Source of the DNA: Rhodosorus marinus CCMP1338
Taxonomy: Eukaryota; Plantae; Rhodophyta
Assembly (NCBI GenBank): GCA_029953675.1
Contig: JAMWBK010000002.1
Coordinates: 806,001-870,000 of the forward strand
Reading direction: 5' to 3'
DNA length: 64,000 bases
The notes under the pieces are model-generated. The model was given only the letters and a program-made list of their open reading frames with translations. It did no database searches and was not told where the DNA came from. Each line of letters opens with the position of its first letter. Positions within the stretch are counted from its first letter, which is position 1. The position numbers and the translations under genes are program-made. Below, one piece after another: positions 34,340-46,800 of this stretch.

Positions 34340-35899
34340 ATACGCACACCCTCCCCTACTCCCACCCGCCCGTGGTGGTGACCTTCTCGCCTTCGAAACT
34401 CCGATCTCAAACGATACGAGAACGTGGACATAAACCCCACCTCCCTCCCGCATACCCACAATCCACCTCGTCCAACAGCCTCATACCTTGATCCACTAAG
34501 TTCTGGTGACCCAATAAATCACGCGCAGACCATCCCTTGGATCTGAACAGTTCCCTCGCTCCCACACGAACATACACAGACCTCCCACTCAGCCAATGTG
34601 GACAACTCCGAAATGGAAAATCTTGACTGTAGAAAACCCTCTTTTGCCCCGTTTCTACAAGAAAACAAGAAAACATCCATGGCCCCATCCATTCCTGGTT
34701 TCGCGATCCCTCGGTCAGACAACCAAAAAAAAAAAATTTTACTTCAACACCACCCCGACCGGGTATTGTACATCAAATTCCGGATCCATAATCCTCCCAA
34801 ATTATTATCTCATACATCATTCTTCTACCTAAAACAAGGATTTCCCTACCCCTGTGGTTGGGAGACCTTCATTTTTGAGATGAAAACTCTATAAAAAAAA
34901 GAAGAGGCCCGGATACGATCAATCCCATTGAATTTTAGAATTTTTGGAAGCATACGTCGAAATTACTTGTGTAGGAACACACCTCCCCCTCCCCCCCAAA
35001 ACGCAGGGCCCTTTTTGTTAGCTGTTCCATTTTTGAAAATAATTAGACGCAATGAAGAAAACGCAAGCAAAAATCCTCCCCACCACCTCCCTGTTATTTG
35101 AAAAACATTAACTTCTTCCAGGCCCAACCTGCTTGGCTTTTTCTTCATCCGTTTTCGGCCAATGTTACAGCTCTTCACAAGAAAGAAATTTTCTGTGCCT
35201 ATAAAGCGGGACCGCCTTTTTTTTCTCGAAGAAAAAGAATGTATTCATGTCTCCTCGTTCTTTGCTTTTTTATTTGTTTTATCCAATATGTTTGTATTTT
35301 AAAGTGAAAAATAGAGTTGCAGAGAAACCTGCACTGGATTTCTATTTTTTTTTGTGGAAGCAACGTTTGTGTGGTCGGTTCAATGGGTCACAATTAACGA
35401 TGTCATGAAATGTCTGGATGAAGGTTATCAGACACGTCCAATACAAGACAAGATTAATAAATATTTAATAAACGAAGAAAATTTGAACATGGTAGTATTG
35501 GACTGCTTTTTTCAAAGCTTTTCGTACAATATATACAATTGTCTTCGTTAATTAGATATATTTGTGTACTAATTTATGTACTAAGATTCTATATCGGTTG
35601 GAAATATGACGCCTATATCGCAGAGGTTCAGTTTCATTGCGGTAGTATTTTTTTTTTGTCGTTGTGGACATTTTGGACAGATCTGCTACACAACGGGTTT
35701 TGGGGGTTTACCTAGTTGTGGGTGGGCCGCTGGGCAGAGCCGGGGGGCAAATCCCTGACTTCATAGCCGATCGAAGAGCGATTGGACTACCACCCCCTTC
35801 CCGCGCGATGTTCGGTTCGAGCTGCTCCCCTTGAAATGATAAGAAAACGTATAAGAATCACCTCAAAAGTTATATTATCCAAAGGGTATGGTAACACAA

Positions 35900-36060
35900 T
35901 TTTTACCCAGTCCAGGGAGACAACTTTGAGAAGAGGCGGTTTTTTTTTCCACCCTCGTACTTTCAAGGCTTGGCTCACCGTACTTTCGCTCACCGTTCGC
36001 AATTCAGCCCTCGTGCTTTTCTGGAGAAAGTTTGCTATCGTTTCTCTGTAAACACGAGCC
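35900..36060 (-). pseudogene. Possible Tc1/IS630-like transposase HTH remnant
   Basis: TRAELRTVSESTVSQALKVRGWKKK resembles the T..EL...VS.STV.R.L...G...K helix-turn-helix. No DDE domain or TIRs seen. Confidence 0.25.
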
Positions 36061-37234
36061 ACTGGAAAGGTGTTTCTCGTGCCTGTCTGTAGTGGGTACC
36101 CTGCGGTGTCATTTTTCTTTTGGGGTAGACTGGTCTGCGCAGATTGAAACACTTGTTCCTTGGGCGACTCACGATCTTTCACCGGAGCCTGGGATCCGGT
36201 TGCCGTTGCACGGAGAGAAAATATACGACGCTGTCGCCGCTTCGCGTGTTCGTGACTGAACTTAATAACTGACGCGTATGTACTGTGGTACCGTACATGA
36301 CGCGCGATATCAATGCGCAAACGTTGTAATGCAGCCGTGCGCGCTTGGACATGTCTTACAATTCCAGATACTCGGCCGGTTCCTCGTAAAAATGAACCCG
36401 GGATTACCACCCCGACGTAGAGTTTCTTTTTGAACCTTGACACCTACGATTTGCATGCTCCGAAAGAAACATGGGAAAGAAACTAAACAATCGTGCTGCG
36501 CCAGCCTCGAAACTTCACTGCAGTTGCAATTAGTCTACAATCCATGGCACGTGAGTTCTACGATAACAAAACCAACGGTACAGGCATACACAATAGGTAG
36601 ACCAAGAGATTCTGTGCCGCCCTGGGCACCTCAATAGGTGGTTGACGTTTTGAGGTAGCACATTGAACACATGTAGCTCCCACCAAAGTTCTGCCGAGTA
36701 CACAAACATGGTATAACCCGAAGCTGCAGACACCCACTTTGCGCTCCGGTTTCCCCCGGGTTCTGGCGATGCCAGCCCATCTCCAAAGCCGTACACGATG
36801 AGTTTCGTTCCTATGCAGCATTTCTCCATCGAACTGGATTCATAATAAAAAAAAAGGGTCGCCGCAACGTAGCGCCTCTGTAATGTCTCATCTATCCCGT
36901 AAAGGGTGTACCGGTCGTCCCGACGCGATCGAGGTCAAAACGTGAAGCTAGGGCTCTCAAGAGGGGAAGCAACCATCTTCCAAGTGCGCGTCCAATCAAC
37001 TAGGAATAGCGAAACCCATCCGCCTAAGAGGTAGGCTCGCTCTGCAGTTGCTGGCTCCTCGACAGGAGGTACACTCAAAGCGGCTTTTTCTTCTGGCGAA
37101 TTTCCTGAACGTATATCGAGGTCTTTTACGACTCGTTGAGCGGATCGAGCAGGACAGATAGCCGCCAGCCCAAGCCCGGTGACTCGTTTGGCAATCCGAC
37201 ACAAGATTAGGCTAAGCTGTCGTCAAGGACCTGC

Positions 37235-38161
37235 TCAGTCACCTAATTCTCCGGTGTGATTTTCCACCTCAACATAGAGTTCTTCATCGATCTGTGGAAT
37301 GATGCTTTGCATTGTACAGCTCAACACTTGTCTGGAATTGAACCCAAACCCTGTCTGCATATCCCTCGTGATGATCGGAATTTTGCCTTTCACTCGCATA
37401 ATTTTGCCACGAGCCAGCACCAGCCTCCCAAGGGAAAAAAGGACACCGAGATGTGATCCATACGCCAGCTGGACATCCAGCAACCTCAAAGAGTCACTCA
37501 AAGGAAGCACGCACATTCCCAGAGAGGAGATGTTGGGGAAAGCATATGCCTGCGGGATGAGCTTGAACTCGCTGAAACGAGTGTACAGCTCGGGGTCTAG
37601 CTGTCTGAGTAGTTTGTTCATAATGTTACATCCCCGATGTACACCGATGTACTTGAAAACATAGTCTGGAATTCTCTCCGTTAGGAAGACATCGAAAGAT
37701 AGGAAGGCCTCGGGTTCTGTCATGAGGAACAGGAACGGCGCTGCTAGAACGCTCATGCTCTGCAAGTACGTTTCAGGTTCGTTTCCACGCTCATGGACCA
37801 GGGCGTTGAGCAGACGCACAAGCATTTCCCGGGGAACACGAGACGTGTACTCTTCATGCTTTGAAAACGTCCGAGATACATCGATGGCGATCTTTTGATA
37901 GTCAACAGATGGGCCCCTGCTCACCAGCTCCTTGTAGTGGTCAACGTTAACCTCTCCAACCCCTAAAAGCGCTTTCCAAACCGTCCCACGCAAGGAGCCC
38001 CGCCCACAGCTACCAGAAAGGCTCGCGGAATCCGGTAGGCCTTGGAATAAAACCAGCTCTTTCAGCTTGCTCAGCCTATCATTCACATCCTCTTCAACAG
38101 CACCATCCCCGCGTCGAAGTAACCTCTCATACTCAGACATTAGAACGTCCTCACCGCCCAT
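37235..38161 (-). CDS. BUB2: Bub2/Cdc16-like TBC-domain GTPase-activating protein, paralog 1
   Basis: LRGTVWKALLG, R-finger IAIDVSRT, RLLNA, Q-finger YLQSMSVLAAPFL, GVHRG, DPELY, YAFP, LAYGSHL. Intronless. Confidence 0.85.
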   Translation of the reverse strand: MGGEDVLMSEYERLLRRGDGAVEEDVNDRLSKLKELVLFQGLPDSASLSGSCGRGSLRGTVWKALLGVGEVNVDHYKELVSRGPSVDYQKIAIDVSRTFSKHEEYTSRVPREMLVRLLNALVHERGNEPETYLQSMSVLAAPFLFLMTEPEAFLSFDVFLTERIPDYVFKYIGVHRGCNIMNKLLRQLDPELYTRFSEFKLIPQAYAFPNISSLGMCVLPLSDSLRLLDVQLAYGSHLGVLFSLGRLVLARGKIMRVKGKIPIITRDMQTGFGFNSRQVLSCTMQSIIPQIDEELYVEVENHTGELGD

Positions 38162-38171
38162 CCCGACCCAT

Positions 38172-38831
38172 TTAGATGTCCCACTTCATTAACCACACTC
38201 GAAGAGCGGAAACAGAGAAACCTTCCAATCCGTCCACTCTCCAAGCCAACCCGAACTGACCAGATTCCTTCAGAAACCTCTCAACGGTGGCGGAAGATAT
38301 CCCCCGCCCACATAAATAACAAATCCCCTTCTCCCCAATCTGCCCTCTGTCCACTAAATCTCTGCCGATTGAATCCCTTGTTTTTGAGTTTGTCCATGCG
38401 AACACTTTACTCCAACATTATTCTCCAAAACCCAAGAAAGAAACAACTAACTTATTCTGCTCCATCACCCTCCGGAACATAGAATAGCAGATACCCCCAG
38501 CCCCCACCCCGAATATTTTACTCTGCTCTATCACCCTTCGGGTATACCTCAACCCCAAAGCTTGCTCTGCTCTATAGCCTGCCGGGTATGTAGGATAGAA
38601 GATACTTAAATCCCAAAAGCTTACTACTGCTGCTCTTATCACCACTCTCCGGATATAGGATAGAAGATACCTCCAACCCGATGGTCGAGACCACCCTTCC
38701 CAATCCGCCACCGCGATCCTAGCGATTCTAACAAGTCCGCCACCATTACCGTCCTCTTCTGGGCGATGGCATAGATGACAAGAGCCAAGGCTTGAGGGAA
38801 GAAGGCAGATGCTACAGGGTGCGTTTGACAA
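38172..38831 (-). CDS. Possible hypothetical protein (one or two exons) between the BUB2 paralogs
   Basis: Two protein-like minus-strand ORFs (38418-38831 with CSIC...CHLC; 38172-38405) with a possible GTTAGT donor near 38450. Unassigned. Confidence 0.25.
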
Positions 38832-39995
38832 ACCGTCTATTCGGGTGCTCTAAAAGGGAAGATCACGAACAGGCGATAAAAATGTATTGTGGCGCTGAAA
38901 GAAACAACATGTTCCCTTTTCTTCTTCGGTTGTCCCGGGGTTCTGCCCTGCTGGAGTGACTAGTGCTTTTAGAACTGACTGGATGACCTCCCACCACAAG
39001 CCCAGCCTCAACTAAATTGCCGGACAGGCTCGACAGGAGCAGAAGAGACCTAAACAGATACAATTCTTTGCTCTCAAGCCGTCTCCCTCATATGTAGGGG
39101 TCACAAAATCCCCCTCCTCGATGCCGCGGGGGGCATCTTCTAGGTTTGATAGTGAAGGCCAAGAAAACTCTAGGCTTGCACGTGCCCTCTGGGACGGTGT
39201 CGTTGATCAAGAACGCAAGAAGCGATCAACAGTCTCATTGAAACTGAGGAGCCTTCCCTACACAAAGCTGGACTGAACCTAAATTCTATATATTCTGCAG
39301 TCCGGTTAGCATGACGCTCAGTCCGAACTATTTGTTTACCAAGGCATAGTAAAACAGAGCTCAACCTGTTGCTCGTGCTGTATACGATCCGCCTCTCCAG
39401 CCTAATCCGCCACCATGTCGTGTCCGACGAGAGGCAAGCACTTTCCGGTTCTGGCAAAGGCCGTTCTCGAAGGGGGAATCGATAGTAAACTGGCTTTCCA
39501 GAGGAACCGGTTCCGATTCTGCTCATCCACGCACCCAAAGCCGCGATCCCTCATTATACTGGATCTCAACCAGCCATAAAGGAAATAATCGATGGTGGCA
39601 CGCCACTGGCTTAGCTCGAAGAGAAGCACCAAACGAAGATAGAGAAGACGGCAACTGTGCCTTCTCCACATCCAGTCTAGTACAACCTACTATTCTCGGT
39701 ACTCCTGACGTTCGGTGTTAGCGCTCTTGAGGATCATACAACCACTTGAAACAAACGGGGGTCTTCATGAGGTATTTAATCCTTGACATTTGTTCCTATT
39801 ACGTGGAGGGGAGTTTCCAAATCTATTTTCACTTTAGTTACGTAACGGCGTACAAGAGAATCAAAAGCAGGGGTTGTCGGAGAGCACCATAACCAAAATA
39901 TCCGGAACGCCCGCCTTGCAAAAAAAAATCAAAAAAAATCTTCAAGTCTTGCACCTGAAACCCAAGTTCCGCTGCTGAAACGTTTTTAATATAAG

Positions 39996-40925
39996 TTACA
40001 GTCCCTTCTCTCCGGTATGTTGTTCCACTTGTTTGTACAGATCGTCATCGATTTCGGGTATAATTCTGGTCAGCGTATAGCTTAACACCTGCGCTGCTGA
40101 GAAACCGAATCCGTTCTCCATTTCCCTCGTCGTGATCGGCAATTTACCTCGAACTTGCATAATCTTCTCGCTCGCTAGCAGGAGCCTTCCGAGGGAAAAA
40201 AGCACGCCTAGGTGTGATCCATAAGCTAGCTGAACGTCCAGAAGCTGAATGGAATCATTCAAAGGTGATACGCACATTCCGAGGGAGGATATATTGGGGA
40301 ACGCGTACATCTGCGGAGTCAACTTGAACTCCAAAAAACGCTTATAGAGGGAAGGGTCTAGTAACTGCAAACACCTCTCCAGCAGATCGCAACCACGGTG
40401 AACGCCAACATATTTGTAAACGTATTCAGGTATTCTTTCCCGCAGGAAGATCTGAAATGAAAGAAATGCTTCAGGTTCGGGCATGAGAAACAAAAAGGGA
40501 GCGGCAAGCACGCTCATGCTCTGCACGTAAGTTCCTTTCGTGTTTCCTCTGTGGTGCACAAAAGCGTTAAGAAGTCGCACGAGCATTTCTCGCGGTACTC
40601 GAGACGTATATTCCTCGTGCTTAGAAAATGTTCTATACACATCATTGAATATCTTCTGGTAGTCATTCGATGCGCCCTTGTCCACTAGCTGCAAATATTC
40701 ATCGACGTTAACGTCCGCGACACCTAACAACGCCTTCCATACGGTCCCTCTCAAAGATCCTCTACCGCAAAATCCACCGTCGCTCGCGCTATCGGGCAAG
40801 CCTTCCCACAAAATCAGCTCCTTCAATTTCTCCAGTCGAGCATTGGCCTCGCCGTCAACGTTCTTACCATTCCCCCGCCCAAGCAATCCTTCATATTTAA
40901 ACTTCAGCTTTTCATCCCGTCCCAT
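39996..40925 (-). CDS. BUB2: Bub2/Cdc16-like TBC-domain GTPase-activating protein, paralog 2
   Basis: Collinear with paralog 1: IFNDVYRT, YVQSMSVLAAPFL, YAFPNISSLGMCV. ATG at 40925 (MGRDEK). Confidence 0.85.
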   Translation of the reverse strand: MGRDEKLKFKYEGLLGRGNGKNVDGEANARLEKLKELILWEGLPDSASDGGFCGRGSLRGTVWKALLGVADVNVDEYLQLVDKGASNDYQKIFNDVYRTFSKHEEYTSRVPREMLVRLLNAFVHHRGNTKGTYVQSMSVLAAPFLFLMPEPEAFLSFQIFLRERIPEYVYKYVGVHRGCDLLERCLQLLDPSLYKRFLEFKLTPQMYAFPNISSLGMCVSPLNDSIQLLDVQLAYGSHLGVLFSLGRLLLASEKIMQVRGKLPITTREMENGFGFSAAQVLSYTLTRIIPEIDDDLYKQVEQHTGEKGL

Positions 40926-41790
40926 CAGGCAGGTTAAAAATTCACCTACCACCCACCCACCTCCCGCCCCGCCTTCAAGACCACCACGATCTTCCTTCAA
41001 AATCCAACTGAGCACACGACCAAAAACAAGAGGTCTCAAAGAAAGCCAACCTTGACCCTTACCCCACTTCAAGCTCTAACCCCAATGTCCTCCTCCCACT
41101 CCCCACCCCCCCACCCCCCTCACTCTAACGAAAATGTCAAAGAGCCGCCTGCCTCTAAAAAGACTCAAACAGCTTCCCGTCAACCAAGGCAGGAAGATCC
41201 CCCTGCTTGACTCAATAAATCTCCTCAACACAAAATACGATCATAAAAATACACATCCGAACCCTGCCCCCTCCTCCCCTCAGCCCCCCACCCCCACCCC
41301 TGCTTCTCACTCAGTAACATCCAATTGCCTACATCAATCATCCCAATCAACAAACGATCTTTCCGTTCTCTTCCTCCACATAGAAGTTACTTCGCATTCC
41401 AAATCCTTGGCCCCCTCCCCATCCCCTTCCCCCTCCCCCCGCTCTCCTCATTGCCTTCTCCAGGAGATGATCATCCGTTCCTTGGCAACCTCCTCAGGAC
41501 GACGTGCATGTCTTGTTTCGCTCTGGAGACGAAGCCACCGACAATGATCTTCCTTTCCTATTCTTCCCAAATCCTATTCTCGTGACGTCGCAACATCTTC
41601 TTTGCGTCAAGTTCGTCTTCTTGTTCCATTGCTACTCCCTCACCACCGCAGCAGACTCTGTTGAAGTCTTTCTTATCCTTTTTGGTTACAAATGGAACGG
41701 GCTTTGCCCAGATCGGCCGCCTGGGTTTGGCTGCGAGTGGGTTTGCCATCTTCTCCAACAGCCCTCTGGTGCTGCTGCCTGTTTGAAGAT

Positions 41791-42082
41791 CTGAACTCTT
41801 TTGACAAGACCTCCTGGTCTTGGAACGACCGTCTGAACTTGGCTGGGAGTGGCTTTTCCACCTTCTCAAAAAGCACTTCCTGGTTGAAGCTCTGAACTCT
41901 TGACATGACTGATGGTCTTGGAACGATAGTCTGGACTTTGCCGGGAGTGAGTTTGGTATCTGCTCCAAAGCCCTTTAATGATGATTTCCCGTTCGAAGAC
42001 CTGAACTCTTGACTTGACTCCTAGTCTTGGAACGACCGTCCGGACTTGGGTGGGAGTGAATTTATCATCTGCTCCAAAGCCC
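41791..42082. repeat. Three diverged tandem units of ~100-110 bp
   Basis: CTGAACTCTT...GTCTTGGAACGA...GGGAGTG starts at 41791, 41892 and 42001. Confidence 0.85.
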
Positions 42083-42565
42083 TTCCTGCTTGAGGCGTTG
42101 TAAGAACGATCCCGGCTATTGGTTGCTCAGCTTCTCTACGCACGTTGGTGCTCCTTTAGATCTTTGAGCTGCTGACATGACTCGTTGCTTCTTGGTCTTC
42201 GAACAAGGATGAGTTTCCGTCCTTGGCAACCGGCCCCCACAGCTCTTTCCATAGCCTTCCTCGTCCCGGTTGTGGAGTAGAGAGATCGGGAGAACTCTCA
42301 CATCCTGGAAAGGGAAGTTGGCTTGTGCATGTTGAAAGTCTTTCGACAGGTTTCCTCGTTCGCCATCCAACTCCTGTGTTACGTTAGCCTGTGGATGCTG
42401 CTTTTTTTTTGCTTTGTCTGCTCTCGAAGACGAGAAAACGGAAGCGGATCTTTTGGTACGAGGAAGCAGACATCTTTGCCACGGAACCCTTAAACTCGTT
42501 CTTCTTCAACGAACGCTCTGAGAAGCAGCTCTGGCACGAGTGCTCCGCAAAGCTTGTTGAAGAAA

Positions 42566-43459
42566 ATGCGCGTCTTGCACGTGCGTCCGGTGAGAGGGTC
42601 AACAACCGGCTTTTGCGAAATGTATTTCGCAACTGCCGCTCGATGGGGGAACGGCAATGGTCTTCTACGACGTGTTTTCAACTCAACGAGAACCGCATCG
42701 ACCACGTCTTCACCACAACAGCTTGTTCCTAAAGAAGTCAAGCTCATCAGGAGAGAGAGAGTGAGAGCTTCTCAACCCCTTTGATGAACAAACCCCGTCA
42801 CAGACGTAAACGTATCCTAACGCCCGGTTGTTTCTTTTCCTGTTTTCTTAAAAAAGACTCTGAGACTGGAATATGAGGACGGCAAAGTTCACCTTCTTCC
42901 CGCCGAATTCCTCAGAGTCTACAGCCAAAGTGCCCTCGGCGAAGGACGCGTAGTAAGCGGCAGACGTCTTGTAAACATTATGAACGTAGAGGTCATTGGA
43001 AACTACGGTTTGAGGTGAACCCTGCCAAAAAGCTACCAAAAGGCTTTTTCTTCCTCTTCAAAAGAGAATTTTTTTTTTTGTTTTCCTTCTCCTCCTTCGA
43101 GTCTTCTCCCTCGTCATCGTCAAGTCTTTTGAAAAAGGTCTCTACGACGCAAGAGTTTGTGGAATTTGGGGGGGGAAGGGGAAAGAGGTTGGGAGTGTCT
43201 GTTCGGCTCTCTCCTTCATCCGGACTTTTTGAAGAATGTCTGAACGTCGACGTTGATGGATTTTATGATAAATTTTCTTTGTGTGGAGGTTAGGTTTGAT
43301 TTTGATGATCTTCACGGATCTGGAATCTACACATGGGAGACGTTAAGGACGATGGGAGATTCGAAGTTTTCGATGATGAGGGAATATGTTAAGAGTCTGA
43401 GGAAGGTTAATAAGAAGCGTGATCCTTTGAGAGCGAGGCTGGAGGTGAAAGCACGGTGA
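42566..43459 (+). CDS. DUF971 (GBBH N-terminal-like) protein with N-terminal targeting-like extension, 3 exons
   Basis: Introns 42761-42856 and 43015-43293 give LVPKEVKLIRRER|TLRLEYEDG...LPAEFLRVYSQSA...GRR.VNI..VE.IGNYGLR|FDFDDLHGSGIYTW. Confidence 0.85.
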
Positions 43460-43839
43460 TGATTTGTCGGGGTTCACGTGGAGTTAAAAGAGTTCTGAAG
43501 GATGTTTGAATGGCTTTCTTGGGACCGCGGAGGACCTATTTGCGTAGCTTAAACGGGATTAGCGAAGGCGGTGAGCAGTTTTGTTTTGAGAGGGGTGATT
43601 TGAGTAGCTTGGTTGATGAAGAGGTTAATGTCAACTCTGCAGAATGGGAAATGAACGACTGCTACGACTCCTCGTGCAGTTGGTAAGACGGACGGATGGG
43701 GACCTTTGAGCTGAGTCTTGATTGTGTTGAAAATAGTGTAAAGCCGGAGCGGCAGTATGAGATTTTTTGTTCGGAGCAGAGTCTGTAATTAGTAGACTTG
43801 ATCTTGGAGATGTCAAAGGGCGTCCGGGAGAAACGAAGA

Positions 43840-46800
43840 ATGGGGTTTGTGGTCGGCTGTGGATGGGATGGACGACCCATGGCTGGATCGCTGTGCTTGG
43901 AAAGGGGTTGGAATCGATGGAGAAGAAGGTCTGGGAGCGTTGCGATGGCTACGAATAATGAGAGTTTTGGCGATGACCCAAGCTCAAAGGGTTCGGAGAA
44001 GTTTCGTAAGCTGCGGCAGCTTTTTGAGGAGAATACGAGAATTGCGGATGTGATCGGTGAAAAGGTGGGTAGGCGTGATCTGAGCTGAGCTCTGCCTCCT
44101 CAACTCACATGAAGCTTTTTGGTGCGCTAAAGGATAAAGTTCGCTTTTGTCGGCGTTGTTGTTTCATGTTTTAGGTTGACCTTCGTCAAGCTGGATCACA
44201 CCTGGTCGGTTGCTGCCCCTTCCACGAGGAAAAGACCCCTTCTTTTACCGTTTACGAGGACACGAACAGCTATTTCTGCTTCGGTTGTCGTGAGCGAGGT
44301 ACAAGAGACGCGCAAGAAGGCATATCGCAGGCGCTTTTGCGTTATGCTTTTGATTTTGACCCTAGACGCATCTTCCCGCTCTACGTGTGCTGCCAGGAGA
44401 TATTATAAGCTTCGTTATGGAAACGCAAAACTTGAACTTTAGACAGGCTGTCATCAGCATCGCAAAAAGGTTCAACTTGGAGTCAAATTTACATGAGCTG
44501 TCATTCTTCGAGTCCGAATCCAAGGAGCAGCAGGTTGCTCGAGCTGAAGCGACTGCGAAAATTGGTGAGCCAAGTTCTTTCCAATTCCGACAGAATGAAG
44601 GAGGATCCGGAAGCAGTCCTCTCCATAGTCAGTGAGAAAGCTCAGCGCTCAACCTCGATTCGATCCGTTTTCATATCCAGATGAAATGTACAGAATCATG
44701 GAAAATTCTACGGAGTTTTACTTTACTTACCTTCGGAGCTCATCAGGAGGCGCAACGAAGGCGTTAGAGTATTTGAACAGTCGAGGATTTGATGAGGATA
44801 CCCTCCGACGGTTCAGAATAGGTGCCTCTCCAGATGCGGCGTAAGCTATAGCGATAAAGAGATGCAGGGGCTTGTTTACCTTCTAATGGATGCGAGGGGG
44901 GTTTTAGTCTGAGCGGATTCAACTCTTTTCTACGCAACGAACAGAGGGCAGCTGATAAAGTACCTGGAAAAGAAGGGCTTTGGGCCCAATTCAATCGCTG
45001 AATCAGGCGTAGCAATACGATCAAATAAGAACGAGCTTGTTGATGCCATGCGCGGCAGGGTCGTAGTTCCGATAATGAACGCTAGGGGTCACGTTATAGG
45101 TAGGAAACCTGGACTGTTGAGGAAGAGAGCAATTCCTTGAGGCTCGTTTTCCATCTAAAAGGATCTGTTTCTGCTTTACCCTCCCTGCATGCCGCTCTTC
45201 ACAACAGGGTTTGGAGGCAGAAAGCTTACCGAGGACGCCTGGGGCCCAAAGTACTTGAACACCAAGGAAACGCTAATATTTAAGAAGGGATCGACTCTGT
45301 ATGGAGAGAATTTCGTTCCGAAACCGCAGCCACCCGCCACTGCGGTGATTGTAGAAGGATACTTTGACGTTATTCAGTACGTTCTGTCAGACGATTTATC
45401 CCTAAACGGTACAGCAAATATCGCTGCCGGTGGTGCTCCTATTGCCTTCGATGCTCAGAAAAGCTCCACGTGGTTATGTCCAAAAGGCTGCACAAGCACA
45501 AAATGTTTTGGGCGGTATCATCCTTGGGTACGGGCCTGACAATTGAACAGCTGCGGCACGCATCGAGGCACAGTCGAGAGCGGGCAGTTACGGTCAATAT
45601 GGACAACGACGAAGCCGGGTTCAGAGCTGTTTTAAGGTGTGGCGGGTTTCAAGTTTAGGCGACTTTTGAGTGCTTTTTATTTCCGTTTGGCACTGCTGTC
45701 TGTCTCACCCAGATTGTAGAATATCTATGCCCAGACTACCATTGACCGTTTTTCCTGTTGCTTCTCGCTCAGGGCTTGTCAGTCAATATTTCCAACGGCT
45801 ATGAGGGAAGGGATCGACGTCAGGCTTGCGTTTTTGCCTCCAGCAGTGAAGGACGCGGACAGCTTCCTCGACGGGAAGTCAATCTCAGACTACGTCGACC
45901 AGGTTTGTGATTGAAACTTGAGTTTGAGTTTTGCGAAATTTTGAGCTTGAGGAACTGAGGAAAGGAATTGACCGCGTGCACCACAGGTCTTATCCCCTTC
46001 TCAGAGTTGGTTCCTTTGGTACTCCAAAGTATTGGCGAATGATGTAAATAGTATCGAAGGCTTGAGCAGTCTTCTCCACCGGCTTGGTGGGTTGCTGGCA
46101 GACAGCATTCCAGCAAGGTTCGTTGTACCAGCAACTTGAGGAATGCAGGACTCTCCCTTACCCATCTCCTATTTCCTCCGTTGCTGAAGGCTCTTCTTTC
46201 CCCCCCCTTTCCTTCGTTTCGCGGCTGTTCAGGAAGGAGGGCACAGGATTCGTTGCGAAGGAGTACGCAAGAACAATAGCGAAGGAGTTGGCGGACATTT
46301 TTGAGAGGCCGGAGTATGAAGAGGAGACCTGCAGGGAGATTTTACGAAGGTAGGCATAACCTTGGCAGAGGATAGCCACCTAGCAAGACATTCACGTTTT
46401 AATGAATCTGAAATTGAGCTTGAACTTGTCACCACATGTTAATGAATATCTGCAGTTTCTGGCTCAAGCGCACGGGTGGCCGTTTTGATCCTGAGCAAGG
46501 ACGAGAGTCAAAGTGGGATCGTAGGAAAGGTACAAGTTGCTCGACCCTGTCCTGCGGTTTGTTGGAGACGGTTGTTGTCTAATCCAAACAATATGCTTAG
46601 GAGAGTCTGAAGCGAAGTCTATCCGAAAAAAGTCGATAGGCACATTGCCGGGCTGGGAAAACGCCAACACATCTTTCATTCAGCGAGCGGAGCTGACGCT
46701 GTTGCGAGTTCTCGTTCAGGACCTGGATATTCGGCGGAATTGTATGGAGATTGTCGATAGACGAGGAATTAAGTGAGTGCCTGTGAATACGGAAGATCTT

